The position numbers were made by a program, and so were the translations under genes. This document shows, piece after piece, positions 5,851 to 11,678 of a stretch of 11,678 bases of DNA. Each line of letters begins with the position of its first letter. Position 1 is the first letter of the stretch. Where the stretch lies: positions 481 through 12,158 of the forward strand of contig PKZK01000050.1 in assembly GCA_003133025.1 (NCBI GenBank), given 5' to 3'. This stretch comes from Vulcanimicrobiota bacterium. Its GTDB lineage: Bacteria; Vulcanimicrobiota; Vulcanimicrobiia; Vulcanimicrobiales; Vulcanimicrobiaceae. The notes beneath the pieces are model-generated. The model had not been told where the DNA came from and ran no database searches. It saw only the letters and a list, made by a program, of their open reading frames with translations.

Positions 5851-7430
5851 CTAGGCCGCACCGAAAACTCCCACGCGTTCCAGAAGTCGCGGCCCAGCAC
5901 GTTGGGCGCGAACCCCGCGAAGCGCGACGAAAGGGCGTACGCACTGCGTTCGAAGCCGAGCGGCACGATCGGCAGATCGCGCGCCAGGATTGCGTGCGCG
6001 CGGCGATACGCGGCAATGCGTCCGGCCTCGTCGTAGGTGCGCGCCCCGTCGCGCTCGGCCGCGTCGAAGGCCGGATTGCAGTAGCCGCCGGCGTTGCCGC
6101 CGGCGGGCGGGATCGCGTCGCAGCCGAAGAGGTACGAACGATCGGGATCGAGCGCTGGCGACCAACTGGTCAGGGCCAGATCGAAACGGCCGCTTTCCAA
6201 AATGCCGCCGTCGGACTTCGGTCCCCAAAACGTGCCCGGCGAATACGAGTGGATCGTTAGGTTCACGCCCGCGCGTGCCAGTTGGGCCTGGAGTTGCACC
6301 GCCGCGAGCGCGCTGCTGCGCCAGGTGCCGGCGATCGCGAGTTCCAGCGCGAGCGCGCGCGGCCCGAGCACCTTGCGCGCGGCGGCCGGATCGTACGGCG
6401 GTAAACGAATTCCGGAGGCGATGCGCGGGTCGAGTTGGCCGGAGTCGGTGGGCACTTCCAGACCGCGATAAACGTCGCGCGCGAGGCGGGCGCGGTCGAG
6501 CGCCTGCGCGATGGCGGCGCGCACCGCCGGATCGTGCAGGGCGGGACGGCGCAGGTTGAATTGCAGGTAGTCCACGATGTTGGTGACCGCAGTCGCGACC
6601 GGCAAGCCCGCGCGCCGCGCGCGTTCCAATTCCAGACCGGAGACGTAGGTCTCGTCGAGCCGTCCCGTCTGCACGAGAAGGACGCGCGTGATCGGGTTGG
6701 GCTGAATCGAGACGTCGATGCGCGGCGTGCGCGCGGGGCCCCGCCAATAGTAGGGATTGCGTTCAAATTCCAAGCGTTCGCCGCGCAGCCAGCGCACGAG
6801 CCGAAACGGACCGAGGCCCACCGGATGCGTGTCGAGCGAACTGCGGTTCAGGTCGGGCAGACCCTGCGCGATGTGGCGCGGCAAGATCGCGAACGGATCG
6901 TTCGCACCAAGGGTCAAGAACGACGAGACGAACGGCGCCGAGGGCGCCTTGAGGTGCACGACGAGCGTGTCGGGCCGCGGCACCTCGACCGATTGGATCT
7001 GCTCGACGGTGGAGCGATCGGGCACGTTGGTCCGCGGGTTGAGCAACGCGGAAACGGTGAAGGCGACGTCGCGGGCGTCGAAGGGCGCACCGTCGGACCA
7101 GCGACCCGTCCTGATCCGGTAACGGATGGTCCGTCCGTCGGCGGAGATGCCGCCGCCCGCGCGCGTCGGCACCGAGAGCGCCCGGTCGGGCACGAGCCGT
7201 CCCCGGTCGTCGACCAAAAAGAGATAGCCCTGCGACAGCGGGCCCAGCAGCCAGCCGTACCCCGTGTTGAGGATCGTGTCCAGGCTCGACGGATCTTCTT
7301 CCAACGAAAGCGTCAGGGGCGCAGCGGCGGCACGTGCGGGCCCGGGCCGGACGATCCCGAGCGCGAGGGCGAGCGCCAGGAGCGCGGCCGGCAGCCGCCC
7401 TGACGCGCGCGAATATGCGGCGCGCGTCAC
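5847..7430 (-). CDS. Peptide/nickel ABC transporter substrate-binding protein (SBP family 5)
   Basis: Motifs DPSSLD, GRWSDGAPFDARDVAFT, PVGLGPFRL, FERNPYYW, DPAVRAAIAQALDR and YDPAAARKVL. Signal peptide ending ARA with no lipobox Cys. GTG 7430 is preferred; ATG 7472 is the alternative. Confidence 0.9.
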   Translation of the reverse strand: MTRAAYSRASGRLPAALLALALALGIVRPGPARAAAAPLTLSLEEDPSSLDTILNTGYGWLLGPLSQGYLFLVDDRGRLVPDRALSVPTRAGGGISADGRTIRYRIRTGRWSDGAPFDARDVAFTVSALLNPRTNVPDRSTVEQIQSVEVPRPDTLVVHLKAPSAPFVSSFLTLGANDPFAILPRHIAQGLPDLNRSSLDTHPVGLGPFRLVRWLRGERLEFERNPYYWRGPARTPRIDVSIQPNPITRVLLVQTGRLDETYVSGLELERARRAGLPVATAVTNIVDYLQFNLRRPALHDPAVRAAIAQALDRARLARDVYRGLEVPTDSGQLDPRIASGIRLPPYDPAAARKVLGPRALALELAIAGTWRSSALAAVQLQAQLARAGVNLTIHSYSPGTFWGPKSDGGILESGRFDLALTSWSPALDPDRSYLFGCDAIPPAGGNAGGYCNPAFDAAERDGARTYDEAGRIAAYRRAHAILARDLPIVPLGFERSAYALSSRFAGFAPNVLGRDFWNAWEFSVRPS

Positions 7431-7487
7431 GACGAAAGTCGCTGTATGGGGAAGGCGAGCGCGGCCCTGCATATAAGAATCGACTCG

Positions 7488-8435
7488 ATGGCAACTACGC
7501 GCGTTCCGGCGATCACCCTTGACAGCCGGACGCTTCCTAATACCAACCGCAACATGATCGTCCTCGAAGCATTCGACAAATTGCAGTTGGGCGGCATTTT
7601 GGAGTTACCCGAGGAGAGCGATCCCCGCGCGCTGCGCAACGAGTTTCTGCAGCAGCGTCCCGGGCGGTTTTCCTGGGAAGCGCGGAATCTCGGCTCGGGC
7701 CGCTGGACGATCCGCATCGAGCGCATCGACGAGCAGGCCGACGCGGGCACGTTTCTCTCGCACAGCACGCCGTTTGCCAACGCGCGGGCCGCGACCGTGC
7801 GCGAGTTGGCGGCCACGGCCACGGAACGCTCGCACCGCCAGGGCGAGACGATCTTCGACGAAGGCGAGATGTGGCCGTATCTGGGCTTCGTCCGCTCGGG
7901 CAAGGTGGTCCTGACGCTGCTCTCGCCCGACGGCAAGACGCACTCGCTCGGCGAGCGGCTGGCCCAGGATCCGCTCAACGAGACGGGCACCTTCGACGGC
8001 GGCGGCGCGACCACGCGCGCCGAAGCGCTGACCGATTGCACCCTCGTGTTGCTGCCGCAAGAAGCCGTGTTGCACGCGGCGCGCAACGACGCGGAGTTGG
8101 CCATCGGCTTTCTGACCGAAGCCTCGCAAGCGCGGCGGCGTTCGATCGACACGATCGCCGACCTCGCCTTCGCGCACGTCTTGCAGCGCGTCGCAAAATT
8201 CTTGCTCTCGTACGCGCCCGCGACCACCGGCATGGCCCGCGGCCTCTCGGGTGTGGAGAACCTCTCGCAGGCGCAGATCGCCGCCGCGGCCGGAACCGTT
8301 CGCGACATGGCCGCGCGGGCGCTCTTGCGGCTCAAGAACGCGGGCGCGGTCGAACTCGACCGCGGCCGCGTCCGGGCGCTCGACCGCGTGCACTTGGAAG
8401 CTTTCGCGCACAACGTTCAAGCCCCACCGGTCTAA
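7488..8435 (+). CDS. Crp/Fnr family transcriptional regulator with N-terminal DUF2249-like domain
   Basis: cNMP-binding-fold signature GETIFDEGE..FVRSGKVVL..SPDGK, C-helix VLQRVAKFLL, and Crp HTH LSQAQIAAAAGTVRDMAARALLRLKNAG. Residues ~9-79 follow the DUF2249 pattern LDxRxLP..AFDxL..G..DPRxL..RPGRFxW..GxWxIRIxR. ATG 7488 is preceded by TATAAG at 7472-7477. Confidence 0.88.
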   Translation: MATTRVPAITLDSRTLPNTNRNMIVLEAFDKLQLGGILELPEESDPRALRNEFLQQRPGRFSWEARNLGSGRWTIRIERIDEQADAGTFLSHSTPFANARAATVRELAATATERSHRQGETIFDEGEMWPYLGFVRSGKVVLTLLSPDGKTHSLGERLAQDPLNETGTFDGGGATTRAEALTDCTLVLLPQEAVLHAARNDAELAIGFLTEASQARRRSIDTIADLAFAHVLQRVAKFLLSYAPATTGMARGLSGVENLSQAQIAAAAGTVRDMAARALLRLKNAGAVELDRGRVRALDRVHLEAFAHNVQAPPV

Positions 8436-8450
8436 ATCGAGGCTTTGGGT

Positions 8451-9032
8451 CTAACTCGCCACCTCGACGGATTCGCGTTGGGCCTCGGTCTGCGCGTCGA
8501 ACGCGGCGCGCTTACTGCGCGCGGCGGCGTCGGTGAGTTGGCCTTGCGGCGGCGCGACCGGCGCTTGCGGGCCGGGCGTCCGCGTTCCGGCGACGCGTGC
8601 GGTCAGCGCTTCTTGACCCTTCTTCACCGAACCGAGCGCGCCGGCGAGCCGGCCCTCGAGATCGGCCAGCACCTGCGCGGCATACGCGTCGGCGCCTTGG
8701 CGAATCTTGTACGCCTTCTCTTCGGCTTCGCGTAAAACGATCTCGGCCGTCGTGCGCGCCTGGCGCAGGATATCGGTATCGTCGACCATCTGCTGCTGCG
8801 CGGTGGCCGCTTCGCTGACGATCTGCTGCGCCTTGGCCTGCGCGTCGCGGATCACGCGATCCTTGTTGCTCGCGATGACCTTGGCCCGGCCGACTTCCTC
8901 GGGCAGCGTGGCCCGAATCTTCTCGATGAATTCCGACAAGCGTTCCTCGCTGAGGATGCGCATGCCGAAGGGCAGCCACGTTCCGCTGCGGACGTAGCCT
9001 TCGAGCTTATCGATGACCCGGTAAACCGACAT
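8451..9032 (-). CDS. DivIVA-like coiled-coil protein of the Cdv3/SepIVA type (often auto-annotated as ATP synthase subunit B-like)
   Basis: Pattern IDKLE..LPF..IEKIRATLPEEV..A..VIRDAQAKAQQIV..GADAYAAQVLADLE..VKKG. Its ATG overlaps the coaD stop (TAATG), the conserved position of this family in cyanobacteria, streptomycetes and clostridia. Confidence 0.75.
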   Translation of the reverse strand: MSVYRVIDKLEGYVRSGTWLPFGMRILSEERLSEFIEKIRATLPEEVGRAKVIASNKDRVIRDAQAKAQQIVSEAATAQQQMVDDTDILRQARTTAEIVLREAEEKAYKIRQGADAYAAQVLADLEGRLAGALGSVKKGQEALTARVAGTRTPGPQAPVAPPQGQLTDAAARSKRAAFDAQTEAQRESVEVAS

Positions 9033-9541
9033 TAGTTCCTCCCTTGGAGACGACGCTTGGATTCCATGAATTCGAGGACGACCTGCGGGACGTATTTGCT
9101 CACGTCGCCGCCTTGCAGGAACACTTCTTTGATCAGGCTGGAGCTGACGAACGAGTAGGCCGAGTCGGCCATGAGAAACATGGTGTCGACATTGGTCAGC
9201 GCCCGGTTCATGTGCGCGAACGCCATCTCGCTTTCGAAGTCGGACACGACGCGTAGGCCCTTGACGATCACGTCGGCGTCGAGCCGGCGGACGAAGTCCG
9301 CGAGCAAACCGCGAAAGTGACCGACGTGGACGTTGGAGTACTGCGACGTGCAGCGGCGCAACATCTCCTCGCGCTCGTCCAGCGTGAAGAACGGATCGCG
9401 CTTCTGCGGATTGACCACGACCGCGACGGTCAGCGCCGGAAAGATCATGGCCGCCCGCGCGATGACGTCGAGGTGACCGTTGGTCGGCGGATCGAAGGAG
9501 CCGGGGTAGATCGCGTGGGCGTGGCGGACTTCGCCGTTCAC
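9032..9541 (-). CDS. coaD: Pantetheine-phosphate adenylyltransferase
   Basis: AIYPGSFDPPTNGHLDVI, IVKGLRVVSDFESE and YSFVSSSLIKEV; lies directly after rsmD. Confidence 0.97.
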   Translation of the reverse strand: MNGEVRHAHAIYPGSFDPPTNGHLDVIARAAMIFPALTVAVVVNPQKRDPFFTLDEREEMLRRCTSQYSNVHVGHFRGLLADFVRRLDADVIVKGLRVVSDFESEMAFAHMNRALTNVDTMFLMADSAYSFVSSSLIKEVFLQGGDVSKYVPQVVLEFMESKRRLQGRN

Positions 9542-10087
9542 CTAGTTCGCCTCGACCGCGATGAATTGCAGCACGGTATCGCCGTAGCGCGCCTCGCGCG
9601 CGGTCGAAAAGCCGGGTGACGCGAACGGCGGAGCACCCTCGCGGCGTTCGTACGCGATCAGCGTGCGCGCGTCGATCGCGCCGCGCGCGCGCAACGTGCT
9701 CAGCGTCAGATGCGGCGGCGGCAGGGCGTAGGGCGGGTCGGCATAGACGACGTCGAAGCGGCCGGTCACGCGTTGCGCGGCTTTTTCGACCGGCGCGCAG
9801 ACGATGGCCGCGCGAGCGCTGACCCCGAGTTCGGCGGCCGCGCGTTTGATCGCGGCAGCGGTGGGCGCGTGCAGTTCCACGAAGGTGACCGACGCCGCAC
9901 CGCGTGAGAGCGCCTCGAAGCCGATCGCGCCGCTGCCGGCGTAGAGGTCGAGCATCCGCGCGCCGTCGACGCCTGAAGCCCAGATGGCGAACAGCGCCTC
10001 GCGCACTTTAGCCGCCGTGGGACGCGTTGCGAGCCCGCGCGGAGCGGGGACGCTGCGGCTGCGCAGCTCGCCGCCGCTAATTCTCAA
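9542..10087 (-). CDS. rsmD: 16S rRNA (guanine966-N2)-methyltransferase RsmD
   Basis: RPT..KVREALF, LDLYAGSGAIGFEALSRGA, FVE, DPPY and RYGDT. TTG 10087 yields the canonical MRISGGE start, with GGAG upstream. Confidence 0.95.
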   Translation of the reverse strand: MRISGGELRSRSVPAPRGLATRPTAAKVREALFAIWASGVDGARMLDLYAGSGAIGFEALSRGAASVTFVELHAPTAAAIKRAAAELGVSARAAIVCAPVEKAAQRVTGRFDVVYADPPYALPPPHLTLSTLRARGAIDARTLIAYERREGAPPFASPGFSTAREARYGDTVLQFIAVEAN

Positions 10088-10151
10088 GCGGCAACGGCTC
10101 CGGACGGGTTCGGCTCGCGCGCGCCGACCACGCACCGCAAGGTCATCCCGC

Positions 10152-10856
10152 TCAGTTCGCCGCCTCGCCGAGTCGCCCTTGAAGCAAGCCGGGTAATTCT
10201 TCGAGCGCGTGGATCGTGTACTGCGCCGGCGGCACGCCGGGAGGATAGGCCCGCTGCTCCCAATCGAACCAGACGGCGGTCAGGCCCGCAGCCAAGGCGC
10301 CCGCGCAATCCTGTTCCGGGTCGTCGCCCACGTACCAGACGTTCTCGGGCGGCAGGTCGAAGAGCCGGACGAGCGCGGCGAAGGCCGGCGCCGCGGGCTT
10401 CCACGAACCGATGCGCTCGCTGACGTAGACCGGCGCCTCGAAATCGATCAGCCGCGCCTTCTCCTCTTGCAGCGGACTCCAACCGTTGCTCAGCATGGCA
10501 TAGCGCACGCCGAGCGCATCGAGCGCGTCGAGCGTGGCCTTCGCGCCCGGCAGCGCGCGCACGAACTCGGGCGCCCGCGCCGTGACCGTGTCGCGGAAGC
10601 GGCCCGCCTCGATCACGTTCTCGTTTCCGCTGCCCGCGACGGCCTGCAGCCAGCCCTCGACCATGGTCTCGACGGGCGCGTCGCCGCGGCGCACGAGCGC
10701 GATCTCTTCGTCGAAACGCGCGGTCGCGGCCGCGGCATCGAACGCCGCTCCGCGTTGCGCGCAGAGCGTGGAGGCGATTTCCAAGGCCACGGTGCGTTCG
10801 AGCTTGTTGTCGATTCCCAGCGTGTGGTCGAAATCGAAGCCGACGGCGATTTGCAT
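10152..10856 (-). CDS. HAD superfamily hydrolase (phosphatase-like)
   Basis: Motif I FDFDHTL, motif II LSN, motif III KP and motif IV YVGDDPEQD, with a helical cap after motif I. Confidence 0.9.
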   Translation of the reverse strand: MQIAVGFDFDHTLGIDNKLERTVALEIASTLCAQRGAAFDAAAATARFDEEIALVRRGDAPVETMVEGWLQAVAGSGNENVIEAGRFRDTVTARAPEFVRALPGAKATLDALDALGVRYAMLSNGWSPLQEEKARLIDFEAPVYVSERIGSWKPAAPAFAALVRLFDLPPENVWYVGDDPEQDCAGALAAGLTAVWFDWEQRAYPPGVPPAQYTIHALEELPGLLQGRLGEAAN

Positions 10857-10868
10857 GCGGAAGATTTT

Positions 10869-11678
10869 CTATGAACTGACCAGCATGGCCCGCGTCTCGG
10901 CTTGGGCATCGAGCAGAGCGCGCAGGCGCTGGTGTTCGGGCAAGCGCAGTTCGGGGTCGCGCGCGATCACGCCGTCGGCGTCGGCTTTGGCGCGCATGTA
11001 CAGCGCGAAGTCGCCCATCACGCTGCCGAGCAACCCGCCGCCGCCGCCGGCTTGCTGCGTGCCTGCGAACTCGCCCTCGCCGCGCAGCCGCAAATCCTCC
11101 TCGGCGATGCGAAAGCCGTCTTCCGTGGCGGCGAGCACCTGCAACCGTTCGACGTCGCCCATCTCGTCGGGCGCGATCAGTATGCAGTACGAACGCGCGC
11201 TGCCGCGCCCGACGCGGCCGCGCAATTGATGCAACTGCGCCAAGCCGTAGCGGTGCGCGTCGAGCACGACCATCACGCTCGCGTTGGGCACGTCGACGCC
11301 CACCTCGACGACGGTCGTGGCCAGCAACACGTCGGCGTCGCCGCGCGCGAAACGGGTCATCACCTCGTCCTTCTCACGCGGCGGCAGGCGGCCGTGCAGC
11401 AACGCAACGCGCAGATCCGGGAAGACGTCGCGGCGCAAGACTTCCAATTCGGCCAGGGCGCTGGTCAGCGCCGACTCCGATTCGTCGATGGCCGGGACGA
11501 CGACGTAGGCCTGGCGTCCGCGCGCCACGTTCTTGCGCACGAAGGCGTAAGCTTCGGCCTTGCGGCTCTGGCGCAGCACGAAGGTTTCCACGGGCGTGCG
11601 GCCCGGCGGCAGTTCGTCGAGGATCGACAGATCGAGATCGGCGTATTTCGTTTGCGCCAGCGTGCGCGGGATCGGCGT
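10869..11678 (-). CDS. recG: ATP-dependent DNA helicase RecG, C-terminal part (5' end outside window)
   Basis: Frame open from the window edge: TPIPRTL, ELPPGR, LLHGRL, ATTVVEVGVDVPNA, GLAQLHQLRGRVGRG and the TRG motif DGFRIAEEDLRLRGEGEFAGTQQAG. Confidence 0.97.
   Translation of the reverse strand, partial: TPIPRTLAQTKYADLDLSILDELPPGRTPVETFVLRQSRKAEAYAFVRKNVARGRQAYVVVPAIDESESALTSALAELEVLRRDVFPDLRVALLHGRLPPREKDEVMTRFARGDADVLLATTVVEVGVDVPNASVMVVLDAHRYGLAQLHQLRGRVGRGSARSYCILIAPDEMGDVERLQVLAATEDGFRIAEEDLRLRGEGEFAGTQQAGGGGGLLGSVMGDFALYMRAKADADGVIARDPELRLPEHQRLRALLDAQAETRAMLVSS

Noticed and set aside
5851..8420. Long overlapping alternative ORFs (5851..6747, 6435..7403, 7427..8413, 7605..8420)
   Set aside because: Arg/Ala/Gly-rich shadow frames over well-supported genes, with no family motifs.
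10088..10151. Possible riboswitch or ncRNA, or a longer rsmD start at GTG 10135
   Set aside because: Only 3-5 bp hairpins with no riboswitch consensus I recognise; TTG 10087 gives the canonical RsmD N-terminus.
1..11678. CRISPR arrays, tRNA/rRNA, transposases, integrases, defence or prophage genes
   Set aside because: No spaced direct repeats, RNA gene signatures or mobile-element motifs seen; intergenic gaps are all short.

Overview
GC-rich bacterial chromosomal window, densely coding, with no rRNA, tRNA, CRISPR array or mobile element visible. The right end is a minus-strand housekeeping cluster: recG (5'-truncated), a HAD hydrolase, rsmD, coaD and a Cdv3/SepIVA-like coiled-coil gene. It converges on a Crp/Fnr regulator carrying a degenerate N-terminal DUF2249-like domain, which is transcribed divergently from an orphan family-5 ABC substrate-binding protein. 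The middle holds an enoyl-CoA hydratase divergent from a stand-alone phoU, followed on the minus strand by a secreted stalk-domain/BsuPI-like protein and a class V PLP enzyme with no catalytic Cys. The left end has a small secreted protein and an uncharacterised circularly permuted ATP-grasp-like ligase. Signals not shown by the ORF track: a 44-aa single-TPR ORF at 2076-2210, a probable ATA start of the PLP enzyme overlapping the upstream TAG, an 18-codon upstream ORF coupled to the ligase by ATGA, ECF-like promoters before both secreted proteins, and a mirrored motif before phoU and the hydratase. Gene content and protein style suggest Candidatus Eremiobacterota (Vulcanimicrobiota), but this is inference only. 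All family calls come from motif recognition by eye; no database search was run.
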